This document shows, one piece after another, positions 9,751 through 18,418 of a DNA stretch of 64,000 nucleotides. Numbering within the stretch: position 1 is the first letter of the stretch; each line of letters opens with the position of its first letter. The translations under genes were made by a program, and so were the position numbers. The stretch is from an archaeon GW2011_AR10 (lineage in GTDB: Archaea; Iainarchaeota; Iainarchaeia; Iainarchaeales; GW2011-AR10), in assembly GCA_000830275.1 (NCBI GenBank), contig CP010424.1, positions 622,782 to 686,781 of the forward strand, in the 5' to 3' direction. The notes under the pieces were generated by a model. It had not been told where the DNA came from. It ran no database searches and saw only the letters and a program-made list of their open reading frames with translations.

Positions 9751-9873
9751 ATGACGTCCTCCCCTGCCTAAAGGCAGAGGGTATCCCAACATTTAATGGA
9801 CGTCATGAACCCGTCAACGCAACACTTTGTCAAAAAGAAAACAGGTGTTTTTATTTCACTTGACAAAGTGTTG
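9751..9873 (+). other. Two adjacent long hairpins; the second (9820-9873) is copy 1 of a 54-bp conserved hairpin element
   Basis: Hairpin 1: 9-bp arms ATGACGTCC / GGACGTCAT (9751-9759 and 9798-9806). Hairpin 2: 14-bp perfect arms CAACACTTTGTCAA / TTGACAAAGTGTTG around a 26-nt T-rich loop. Second copy at 51858-51911. Confidence 0.5.
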
Positions 9874-9905
9874 AAAAGATACCGAGACCAATAACCGCGA
9901 CTTAA

Positions 9906-10193
9906 AAGCCGAGGCGCACGCCTAACACTCACACATTATACCTAAAAAAGCCGGAGGAGCTTTCTGAGATATTATCCCCAAAAAGAATAGAACTGCTCAA
10001 GTACATAATCAGCAACCGCAAAAAAAACAGAACAATAAGTGAAATTTCCAAAAAGTTAAATAGAAAGCAGGAAGCAATAAGCAGGGACGCAAATTTATTG
10101 GTAAAGCACAATTTAATCAGGAAGATCCGACAAAAGCAGATGACCTGCTTGAAGGCCATTTACGGTTCCCTGCAAATAAGGTTGACCGCCTAA
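9906..10193 (+). other. Winged-helix (ArsR/Lrp-like) regulator-like ORF with no canonical start codon
   Basis: Open frame from after TAA at 9903-9905 to TAA at 10191-10193 encodes ...EELSEILSPKRIELLKYIISNRKKNRTISEISKKLNRKQEAISRDANLLVKHNLIRKIR.... No ATG, GTG or TTG lies in frame upstream of the helix-turn-helix part. Confidence 0.35.
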
Positions 10194-10302
10194 AGTAGTA
10201 CCCCCAATCAAAATTTTTTTTAGAACCCGCCATGTTCTACATCTGAAAGCGATATCAAGGCAAGAATTAATAAGCAGTTTGCACTTTTTTTTATTGGATT
10301 TT

Positions 10303-11049
10303 ATGCCTGGAGCCATAGCGGAGTTTGTGGAGTTCAGCCCGAAAAACCTTAAGGGCTACACTATTATTGAGGGCTTTCCAGGTATGGGTTTGGTTGGAAC
10401 AATTGCAGCCAAGTACATGGTTGAAAAAGTTAAGTTCAGGCTCTACGGTTACATTGATTCTGACATTTTCATGCCAATAATTAGGGTACACAAAGGCCTT
10501 CTAGTAAGGCCTGCAAGAATTTATGTTCATGAAGAAAAAAAACTCGTTGTTCTGATTTCAGAGCAGGCAATTCCAAAACTTTACACAAACAGGCTTGCAA
10601 AAGAGGTTGTAAAGTGGATTCAGAACAAGGGAATAACCGAGCTAATTTCCTTAAGCGGAATCCACGCATATAGTGAGGCGCCTGGCCAGCCAATAATTTA
10701 TGGAATTGCAGCAAATGAGGAATCAGTGGACATGCTGAAAAAATTTAACCTTGAACTAATCCAGGATGGCATTACCACTGGAATAACTGCGATGATTTTA
10801 ATGGAGCTCAAGAGAACAAACATTAAAGGAATTTCAATTCTCGGGAATGTGAAGATTGCGGCAGATTACCAGGCCGCTGCAGAAGTGCTTAAAAAACTCA
10901 ATGAACTGCTTTCACTTAAGATTGATGTCAAACCGCTGTTGAACGAGGCAAAAGAAGTTGAACGCGAGCTATTAAAGCAGTTGCAGACGACAAAGCAGAC
11001 CAAGGACTCGGCGGAAAAATTCGAGCCTAAGGCGCCGATGTATACTTAA
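10303..11049 (+). CDS. PAC2-family proteasome assembly chaperone
   Basis: GFPGMGLVGTIAAKYM near the N-terminus is the PAC2/COG1938 signature (family found in archaea and eukaryotes). Start chosen at ATG 10303 (MPGAIAEF); the track begins at TTG 10279. Confidence 0.7.
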   Translation: MPGAIAEFVEFSPKNLKGYTIIEGFPGMGLVGTIAAKYMVEKVKFRLYGYIDSDIFMPIIRVHKGLLVRPARIYVHEEKKLVVLISEQAIPKLYTNRLAKEVVKWIQNKGITELISLSGIHAYSEAPGQPIIYGIAANEESVDMLKKFNLELIQDGITTGITAMILMELKRTNIKGISILGNVKIAADYQAAAEVLKKLNELLSLKIDVKPLLNEAKEVERELLKQLQTTKQTKDSAEKFEPKAPMYT

Positions 11050-11059
11050 GCGGGAAAGC

Positions 11060-11935
11060 ATGCCTTCAAACGTGAAGATTGGAGTAATCGCAATTGTTGT
11101 TGTAATGGCTGCAGTGGTTGTTCTTCATTACCTTCAGCAGTCACAGGTGCCTGAATACATTGAAACCCCAAGTGGTGATGAGTACCTTCCACAGGATTAC
11201 GTTGACCCGGCAACCGCCGGAGGCCCTGAAATTGATTTGAGTGAAGGAAGCGCTCCAAGCAATTGCGCGCAGCTTGAAGGCTTTGAAAAGGAGAGCTGCA
11301 TTCATGCAAGTGCAGTCATTCAAGGAAACCCTGAAACATGCAATTCAATTGAAAGTGTTTACGCAAGGGACAACTGCATTTTGGAAGTTGCTATAACAAC
11401 TGGAAATGAGGAGGCATGCCCTCAAATTAGGTTTGGAAAAGAGGACTGCTTTTCGCAGATTGCACTGCAGGAAAACAGGCCTGAACTTTGCGAGAAAACA
11501 ACAATTGAAAAGGATGTTTGCAGGAATGCAGTGCAGCAAAATGACATTTCCATATGTGACTCGCTGGGGGAAGGAAAACGACACTGCATGAACGCTTTCA
11601 TTAAGCAGTGCCCTGATGATGCCCCATTGGCGCAGATATGCTATAGGAGCCCTCCCGATATGACGCAGTGCGACAGCATAATTGATTTGCGCGGAAGCTG
11701 CTATGCAGACATTGCTCTTGAAAAAAACAATCCTGCTTTATGCGCTGAAATCGGGGAGTTAAGCAACGTGTGCTATTTCACGATAGCAATTAACACCCTT
11801 GATGCAGGCGTTTGCGAGTTCATGAGCGAAAACAGGGACAACTGCGTTGCAACAATCGCTTTTGAGACAGGAAATCCTTCTCTCTGCGAAAAGGCAGGAA
11901 CTGAAAGGCAAAATTGTTTGGCTGACCTATCTTAA
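11060..11935 (+). CDS. Membrane-anchored cysteine-rich tandem-repeat protein
   Basis: N-terminal transmembrane helix (IGVIAIVVVMAAVVVL), then about four roughly 48-aa repeats each starting N-P-x-L-C with regularly spaced cysteines (GNPETCNS, ENRPELCEK, KNNPALCAE, GNPSLCEK). Confidence 0.5.
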   Translation: MPSNVKIGVIAIVVVMAAVVVLHYLQQSQVPEYIETPSGDEYLPQDYVDPATAGGPEIDLSEGSAPSNCAQLEGFEKESCIHASAVIQGNPETCNSIESVYARDNCILEVAITTGNEEACPQIRFGKEDCFSQIALQENRPELCEKTTIEKDVCRNAVQQNDISICDSLGEGKRHCMNAFIKQCPDDAPLAQICYRSPPDMTQCDSIIDLRGSCYADIALEKNNPALCAEIGELSNVCYFTIAINTLDAGVCEFMSENRDNCVATIAFETGNPSLCEKAGTERQNCLADLS

Positions 11936-11971
11936 AAAACCTTTATAAATAACTTGAATCCTAATTGTAGT

Positions 11972-12790
11972 ATGGCTTTATTCAGGCGAAGAGAAAGGGT
12001 TTCCCCCCTTACTGGCTTAAGGATGCACACCAGAAAAATAAAGCACCCTGGAGTTCAGGAGTATATGAGGCCACGCCGGATGCTGCCACTTTTTGAGCAC
12101 CCTGACATGGTGGAAGTTAAAAGGGCCGGGCCGTTCATTTTCAAGAAACCAAAAGACGAGCAGGCAGCAAAAAAGCTGTTGCTTAACCCTGATACAATGA
12201 TTGTGGGAGTGGACACAAGGTATGTTATTGACCCCCGGCAACTTGAGCTCGTGAGAAAAGAGTTTCAGAGAAGGCTGAGAATTACTTCTCCAGAAGAGCT
12301 GGAACGTTTGCCAAATGTTAAAATTTCTCCGGAAGAACTGAGCATGATTGAAGAAATGCAGGCAGACATTTTAAAAGTTCGTGGCTACTCTGGGGAAATT
12401 GAAAGAATGATGCAGGAACTGGTTTCTGGCTTGTACCATTCAGGCCAAGCGCCGGGCTTTAAGTGGGTTAGAATGGGCCCAGTAAGGGAAAGGACTGTAA
12501 AAGTGCCGGTTGCCGGAAAAATTCCTGGCGTAAACTTTTTTGCAACGAAAATTGCAAACTATTTAAGCAGAACCCCTTATCTTGGCTCAAAACATATAAT
12601 GCGCCCTCTCACTGAAGCAGAAAAGGAAAAAGTTGGAAGCAGGATTCAAGAGGTTGGAGCAGAGAGAGGGGAACTCATTGCCAAATGGGAGAGGGGAGGC
12701 ATTGGCACGGATTTAATCAGAAGATACAGGGAAGAAGAACAGCGTGCAATGGACACGCAAATTGAAAAAAAATTCAAGCTTGTAAAATAA
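11972..12790 (+). CDS. Hypothetical basic protein
   Basis: ATG at 11972 (track starts at TTG 11954); about 272 aa, rich in R/K, no recognised motif. Confidence 0.4.
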   Translation: MALFRRRERVSPLTGLRMHTRKIKHPGVQEYMRPRRMLPLFEHPDMVEVKRAGPFIFKKPKDEQAAKKLLLNPDTMIVGVDTRYVIDPRQLELVRKEFQRRLRITSPEELERLPNVKISPEELSMIEEMQADILKVRGYSGEIERMMQELVSGLYHSGQAPGFKWVRMGPVRERTVKVPVAGKIPGVNFFATKIANYLSRTPYLGSKHIMRPLTEAEKEKVGSRIQEVGAERGELIAKWERGGIGTDLIRRYREEEQRAMDTQIEKKFKLVK

Positions 12791-12831
12791 TGAAAACTAA
12801 AAGCAGGTTTTTCCTGAAAAAAACTGGAAAA

Positions 12832-15800
12832 CTAATTTTTTTCTCTTCGAATGTAAACAAAGACCGCAATTAATGAAACAATGAAAAGTGCTAAAACAAC
12901 AGGGTTTTCTGGAAGCGATGGAAGGTTAAGCAGGCTCTTGTCGGTTTCCCCTACCTGCAGGTTAAGCACGTTGCCTGAAGCAGTTGAAGTTACCTCGTTG
13001 TTGGGGCCAACTCTTGCAGAAATGCCTTCGCGGAAAGCCTCAATCAAAGGCAGCAGCTGGGCGTTTTCAGCATACCACAAGCCTTTCTCCGGGTCATAAT
13101 AGAATGCCCCGTTCCTTCCCTGCGCTGAAGTAAGAACCTCTGGCTTCTGCCCGTCGAAGGAAACTGTTGGAACACCGTTTTCTGCAGCAAAGTCAAGCGT
13201 GTGCTTTTTGCCGTTCTCGTCAATGAATTCAAGGCCATTTGGAGTGGCTCTTGCAGTTCCAGCAAAGTCTTGAATCTCGCCTGTTTCCTTATCTATTACC
13301 CTCAAATGGTCCTTGCATGCTCCTGTTTCATCTCTTTCCGAGCTCAGCACATACCTTTTGGTCGGGGTTTCAAATACTTGGAAGGGGCCGAATTTTTTTA
13401 AGGAAGTATTGAATGCAGCAACCTTTGCTTGGTTCGCGGGACTATTGGGGTCGCCTTCCACTTGGAAGTCAAGAGCTGGTTCCTCGCACTGGTTTTCAGG
13501 GTTAGTGGAGGAAGTCAGGTCAGTGTCAAGGCCCCTAACATCGTTTTGTTCAAGTATGCCCTGCTCGTGGTGCCTTAACCAAATAAGGTAACAGCCGTCA
13601 GGCCTTGCAACAATCATTCCATTCTTGAACTGGATTGACTTAAGCGAGCCAACTTCCGGAATCCCATCATTAGAGCTTGAGAGCGCAACATCATTGTTTG
13701 CAAGTACATTTATTGTTGAAATGTTTCCTACAGCAATTTTTCTTGGAACTCCTTCAGCGACAATCCTGTCACCTAATGGCCTGATGTTGGGGTGCGTAGT
13801 GGTTATAACGGAATTCACCAACCCAAATGTTGAGGTTAAATTGTTTCCCCCAACCAAAGGCAAACCAGTCTGCTGCATCACTCCATCCTGCAGGCACGCC
13901 CGCGCTTCAGGATGTGTTATGAATGCCTCGCCCCTTGCATTCACCTGAATTGCAACATCAGCTGTTGGAGGCAAGCAGACAGTTGTCAATGTTCTTGGAA
14001 CTTTTTTAGCTGGAATGCTTAGCTCAAGGTCATCTCCGGCCAACCTTGCTGCATCCTCGTTCTCTACAATAGGCTTTCCATCAAAGAGTATCTTGCCGTT
14101 CTCGAAATCAAAGTCAAGGCCTTTCCCTGTTGTTTTGTCTTTCACTGTTTCCTTTCCCTCTGTTTTGTATTCGCCGGAACTCATCTCGCAGCCCGGTCCA
14201 CACCAGAAATAGAACAGCTTTCTTCCCTTCAGCTGGCCTGAGCTCTGACCTTGAATGCTCAAGCGTGCCTGAACAATGTTTTTTTCCTCGGAATCATTCA
14301 CAAACTTTTTGATGTCATTTCCGATTCCTTCAACCTGCTCTTTGACCAATGAGTCTTCACTGCTGCCGCTGAATGCACCGGTTATCTGCTCGTTGAGGTT
14401 GCCAATAAAATTGGAAACTTTTTCAGTTGAAAGCTCCACGTTTCCTTCATCGTCCCTCTCCTCCATTGGAGGAACAAGGTAATGCACGAAGTAGCCTTCC
14501 TCAACATCAACGCAGTCCTGAAGCTTTGGAGCGTAAAGGGTTTGAATTGCAACAGTGCTGAATGCTCCAGGCCAGAAAAAGGTTGCGTAAGCCAAGGTTT
14601 CAATGCCGCCAAGCACTCCACCAATGCCGCCTTCTTCAGGCAGGAATGGAGCAATTTTTTTTGCTGTGGCATAACCAGGCAAAGAGAACACTGCCTGCTT
14701 GCAGGTTTTTGGTTCCCCTTCGGGCTGCACGAATTCCTGGCCCCTGTCCCTTGCCTCGAATTCTTCCTGCTCGTTGCTCCAGGCATCATGCAAATCAATT
14801 CGTTCCCCTTCAATGTCCCCAGTGCTTCCCTTCAAGTCCATGTGGTGCGCGAAAGCAATCAGGGTTTGGCCTTTCTGCAAGGCATCCTCCGAGCGCGTGT
14901 CCTCAAGAATGTAGGCATCGAAAGGCCTGCCGACAACAAAGAAGGGGTTAAAGTCCTCCAAGTTGGCTGAATTCAATGTGACAAAACAGTCAACGCATTC
15001 ATTGGGGCCAGTCAAGTAAAACGCAAGGCTTTCGGTTTCATTCCTCAGTTCCCTTCCTGAGAGCTTGTTGTAAAAGTCCGCAACAGGATTGAATTTATCG
15101 CTTACTTCATCAAGCACAAGCTTCCATGGAAGCTTGTTTGCAACCTGCACAAACAAATCGCCTTGATCAGAACCCTCATTTGCAAAGAAGTCAATGTATG
15201 CTTCAAAGTAAAGCGGCTTGTCTTGGAGCAGGAAGTCAACCTCGCTCCAAGTGTCTGGCAGCTGGTAAAGTGATAGGTCCTCAAAGCCTGCTCCTTTTTT
15301 GCTCCACCAGTAGCCAAACGGGTAAACAGTCCACTTTGCACCGCCCTTGAACGAAAAATAGCTCCTTATTATTTCGTCTTCTTCTGCCGCAAGCTTGTCA
15401 AGCCAGCTCCAGTAGCGCCTTGAAACCCAGTTTCGTTCACGGAGAGTATTAAGCATTAAGTCAGTATTCACTTTTGACCTCAAAACGTTTGAACCAACCC
15501 TTGCGTTTGTCAATGCAGATGAAAGCTCTTCCGGAGTAAGCACTTTAGAAGGCCCCCAGTTTCCTTGAACAATTGTAGGGTTGCCGCCAATCCTGTTCTG
15601 AATTAACGGAATGCTTGCATCAGTGTAATGGATGTATTCGCCCATGTCGGTTTTTACCCAAGTATTGGCATAGCCTTTGGCCGCCCTTTCAAGGTTGCTG
15701 TAACTTAAGGCCCTAAACTCTGTTGTTGTGGCAGGGTCAAAGCCATAAAGTATGAGGTTTCCAAACTCGTCAGTTTCATAGGCGCTGCGGTACTTGTTTA

Positions 15801-17661
15801 TCTCAGCCGTAAAGTTCCTCCAGTTGCCAGAGTCAACGAATTTATCCAGAATTACGCGGAAGTTCCTGTGCTCTGAGAACAAGTCAAGAACATCGCCTGT
15901 GTTCACCTGCTTTACTCCCTTGTCATACAGGCCCATATTGACATGCCTGACAATCCATTCAGGAAGGTCGGCTCCCATTTGGTCATCCGCAGTTGTGAGG
16001 AACTTTGCAAAAGAACGGCCATAATCAACAAGGGCTTTTTTCCCTTCAGGGTGCGTTAATGGGTCAATTCCTTGGTCCCTTAGTTTGTTAAAAATATTTG
16101 AGTATACTTTCTCTGACTGTTCCACTTCGTGGAGGCCGCCCCTCCATATTGTCCTCAGGTCTTTCATGACGCGGACAAACTCTGCTTTCTTTTCAAGAGT
16201 GTCAATTGATTCAAGGAATCCGCCTTTCGCCTGCTGTTTTCCCCACCAGTCAAAGAACTCCTGGGTTTTAATAATTGGGTAGCCTGTGCCATCAGAGCTG
16301 CCGATTGTCATGCTCTGCCAGAAGTCACGCCAGCCGTACTTGTCAATTTTTGACTGCATCCTTGAAACCTTAAGGTCTCCAAGGAAAGAGCCAGGAGTTT
16401 CAAATGTTGCCCTGAACCTGTCAGCGTAATCTGTGAGTTTTCCTTTCAGGCCAGGCAAGAGGCCTCTTCTCGCATTCCAGCCGAACATTTTTTTTGCTGC
16501 ATAGCCAAGGCTCGGCCCGAAATTTGTTACAACCATTTCAGCGCTCAGCCACTGGTTAAAGTATTTGTCAAACATCGAGTAAGTTGTTATAATGCAGTCG
16601 TTGCTGATGCAGTTGGTGCCGAATTCTGCGTCAAACTCCTGTGCAAGAATCGAGTTGGGAAGCAACTCTGTTTCCAGTCGAGTTGCGGTTTTAATGTGGT
16701 TGGGAAAAGAACATATGCTGTTATCCCACACCATTCCAGCTGAAGTGCATGAAGCTTCATCTCTTGGGGTTTCAATGCACTCTCCTGTTACCTTGCTGTA
16801 AAAGTTTTTTGCTCCATCAGTGCACTGCTCCTGGGAAACTTCTTTCCAGAGCTCTTCCTGTCCTTCCTCAGTGAAAACCGCTGCTGCCAGAACTTCCTGC
16901 TCTTCTGATGTGAACTCTGGCTTTTCTGTTGAGTTTTCATCAGTGAACCAGCTCTTTATTTTGTCGTATCCGCTGCCGAAAGCTTCCTTGATTGGTTTAA
17001 AATCTGCAGCAATTCCTGAACCGGAATTTCTGTAAGTGAGGTTTTTTCCTGTAAGCCAGCAGTTCTGGTCGTAGTCCTTGCATCTCCCTGTACGCAGAGA
17101 ATCATCAAGCACAAGACCGAAAGCGAAAGGCCCCTTTATGTGCCTGTTCAAGTAATTGCTTATCTCCCAAGGATTAAATTTTTTGTTTGGCAAGTCGGCT
17201 TTTGCCGTGACGTTTTCGTCCTGCTGCGATTTCAGAATGATGTTGTTTTCTTTCAGCTCATCCCTGTCATCAATCTCGTTTTCTGTTTGCTGTGGAAGAG
17301 CATCACCGCTTATCTCTTCTCCAACAAAGCCGTCTTTCAGGAGGTTTAGTATGTTGTTGCTTTCAGTTGGTGTAAGAGAACGGGACTCGCAGACATAACC
17401 CCTGTTTGGGAAAGGCGAAGGTATCGGCACTATAGGAGAAGTTGCAGGAGGAACTGCAGGTATTATTGGAGGGGGTTGTGGCACAGCATCAGGCGTCGGA
17501 TCAAGCACTGTTGCATCTGCACCCTGAAATGCGGCAGAATTTTCGTTTTCAGTTGGATTTAAAGGTTCTGGTGCCTGTTCAGCGTAATAGTCCTGCGCGT
17601 TGGCAGGATAAGTGCTAAGCAGAATTATTGCAATCAAGAAAAGGCTTGGAAGTTTCCTCAC
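12832..17661 (-). CDS. Large secreted surface protein (1,609 aa) with N-terminal signal peptide and C-terminal transmembrane anchor
   Basis: N-terminus MRKLPSLFLIAIILLSTYPANAQ; C-terminus PENPVVLALFIVSLIAVFVYIRREKN. Plus-strand ORFs inside it are treated as frame shadows. Confidence 0.6.
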   Translation of the reverse strand: MRKLPSLFLIAIILLSTYPANAQDYYAEQAPEPLNPTENENSAAFQGADATVLDPTPDAVPQPPPIIPAVPPATSPIVPIPSPFPNRGYVCESRSLTPTESNNILNLLKDGFVGEEISGDALPQQTENEIDDRDELKENNIILKSQQDENVTAKADLPNKKFNPWEISNYLNRHIKGPFAFGLVLDDSLRTGRCKDYDQNCWLTGKNLTYRNSGSGIAADFKPIKEAFGSGYDKIKSWFTDENSTEKPEFTSEEQEVLAAAVFTEEGQEELWKEVSQEQCTDGAKNFYSKVTGECIETPRDEASCTSAGMVWDNSICSFPNHIKTATRLETELLPNSILAQEFDAEFGTNCISNDCIITTYSMFDKYFNQWLSAEMVVTNFGPSLGYAAKKMFGWNARRGLLPGLKGKLTDYADRFRATFETPGSFLGDLKVSRMQSKIDKYGWRDFWQSMTIGSSDGTGYPIIKTQEFFDWWGKQQAKGGFLESIDTLEKKAEFVRVMKDLRTIWRGGLHEVEQSEKVYSNIFNKLRDQGIDPLTHPEGKKALVDYGRSFAKFLTTADDQMGADLPEWIVRHVNMGLYDKGVKQVNTGDVLDLFSEHRNFRVILDKFVDSGNWRNFTAEINKYRSAYETDEFGNLILYGFDPATTTEFRALSYSNLERAAKGYANTWVKTDMGEYIHYTDASIPLIQNRIGGNPTIVQGNWGPSKVLTPEELSSALTNARVGSNVLRSKVNTDLMLNTLRERNWVSRRYWSWLDKLAAEEDEIIRSYFSFKGGAKWTVYPFGYWWSKKGAGFEDLSLYQLPDTWSEVDFLLQDKPLYFEAYIDFFANEGSDQGDLFVQVANKLPWKLVLDEVSDKFNPVADFYNKLSGRELRNETESLAFYLTGPNECVDCFVTLNSANLEDFNPFFVVGRPFDAYILEDTRSEDALQKGQTLIAFAHHMDLKGSTGDIEGERIDLHDAWSNEQEEFEARDRGQEFVQPEGEPKTCKQAVFSLPGYATAKKIAPFLPEEGGIGGVLGGIETLAYATFFWPGAFSTVAIQTLYAPKLQDCVDVEEGYFVHYLVPPMEERDDEGNVELSTEKVSNFIGNLNEQITGAFSGSSEDSLVKEQVEGIGNDIKKFVNDSEEKNIVQARLSIQGQSSGQLKGRKLFYFWCGPGCEMSSGEYKTEGKETVKDKTTGKGLDFDFENGKILFDGKPIVENEDAARLAGDDLELSIPAKKVPRTLTTVCLPPTADVAIQVNARGEAFITHPEARACLQDGVMQQTGLPLVGGNNLTSTFGLVNSVITTTHPNIRPLGDRIVAEGVPRKIAVGNISTINVLANNDVALSSSNDGIPEVGSLKSIQFKNGMIVARPDGCYLIWLRHHEQGILEQNDVRGLDTDLTSSTNPENQCEEPALDFQVEGDPNSPANQAKVAAFNTSLKKFGPFQVFETPTKRYVLSSERDETGACKDHLRVIDKETGEIQDFAGTARATPNGLEFIDENGKKHTLDFAAENGVPTVSFDGQKPEVLTSAQGRNGAFYYDPEKGLWYAENAQLLPLIEAFREGISARVGPNNEVTSTASGNVLNLQVGETDKSLLNLPSLPENPVVLALFIVSLIAVFVYIRREKN

Positions 17662-17705
17662 GCTATCGCCTTAGTTTTTCCTTTAGGATAATGTGTTTTC
17701 CATTA

Positions 17706-17750
17706 TAGCAAACAGCTTTGATTTTTGAACATTTAATTTGCTGTTTGCTA
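17706..17750 (-). promoter_or_regulatory. Recurrent inverted-repeat element, site A
   Basis: TAGCAAACAGC-N23-GCTGTTTGCTA, 45 nt upstream of the minus-strand start at 17661; its reverse complement matches site C with a near-identical spacer. Confidence 0.5.
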
Positions 17751-17842
17751 GTTGCAAAACGCAGTTTTTGTTCATATTCAAATACATAAGCATTTTGCTA
17801 TATATATAACTTATTATTATTCGAAATTAGGCAAGGCTTTGC

Positions 17843-18385
17843 TTAAATTTCCGGCCAATAGTAAATGAATGCCAGAGTGCCGCTGATTATCCATTGAGCG
17901 AAAAAGAGCACGAATATGGAGGCAAGCAGTGTTACAATGAAAACCGTTAAGTAGAGCTTCAGTGCCCAGTGGAACTTGAACGACTTCTTGATTTTTTCGT
18001 GCAAGAACAGGCCTATGAACTCAAGCGGCAAAACAATGAAGGAAAGCACTAATGCAACAACAAGCAGCCTTACAAGCTGAATTAGCGCAATTAAGAGCAG
18101 CTCCAGAACAGGAGTCTGGAATTCAACTGGAGTTTCACCAAATGGATCGCTTTGAAGCAAGGGCAAAGCAGGCTGAAGATACAAAACTAATATTAATGAG
18201 AATATTAGTAAATATGTGGTTATGAATCCTGACTTGAACCAACTCCACTTGTACTTTCCGGCAATGGCCCTGCGCACTTTTGAAGCAAAAAAAACGAAAA
18301 TGAAAACAGGAACGGAGCTTATGAAGGAGCCTTTCAGCAAATCAATCAGGGAAAAAACGGTAACCGAAACAAGGTCCTGCACCAT
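17843..18385 (-). CDS. Hypothetical polytopic membrane protein
   Basis: 180 aa with four to five hydrophobic helices. Confidence 0.45.
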   Translation of the reverse strand: MVQDLVSVTVFSLIDLLKGSFISSVPVFIFVFFASKVRRAIAGKYKWSWFKSGFITTYLLIFSLILVLYLQPALPLLQSDPFGETPVEFQTPVLELLLIALIQLVRLLVVALVLSFIVLPLEFIGLFLHEKIKKSFKFHWALKLYLTVFIVTLLASIFVLFFAQWIISGTLAFIYYWPEI

Positions 18386-18418
18386 GGAAAAAATATCGAT
18401 AAACTAGTATAAAAAGCT

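Noticed and set aside
11954-12790. Ribosomal or translation-factor identity for the 278-aa basic protein
   Set aside because: Basic composition alone suggested it, but no diagnostic motif could be matched from memory; left as hypothetical.
14482-14970. Plus-strand ORFs (162 aa and others) inside the 1,609-aa minus-strand gene
   Set aside because: Fully contained in the opposite strand of a long gene that has a signal peptide and anchor; translation is low-complexity with no recognisable motif.
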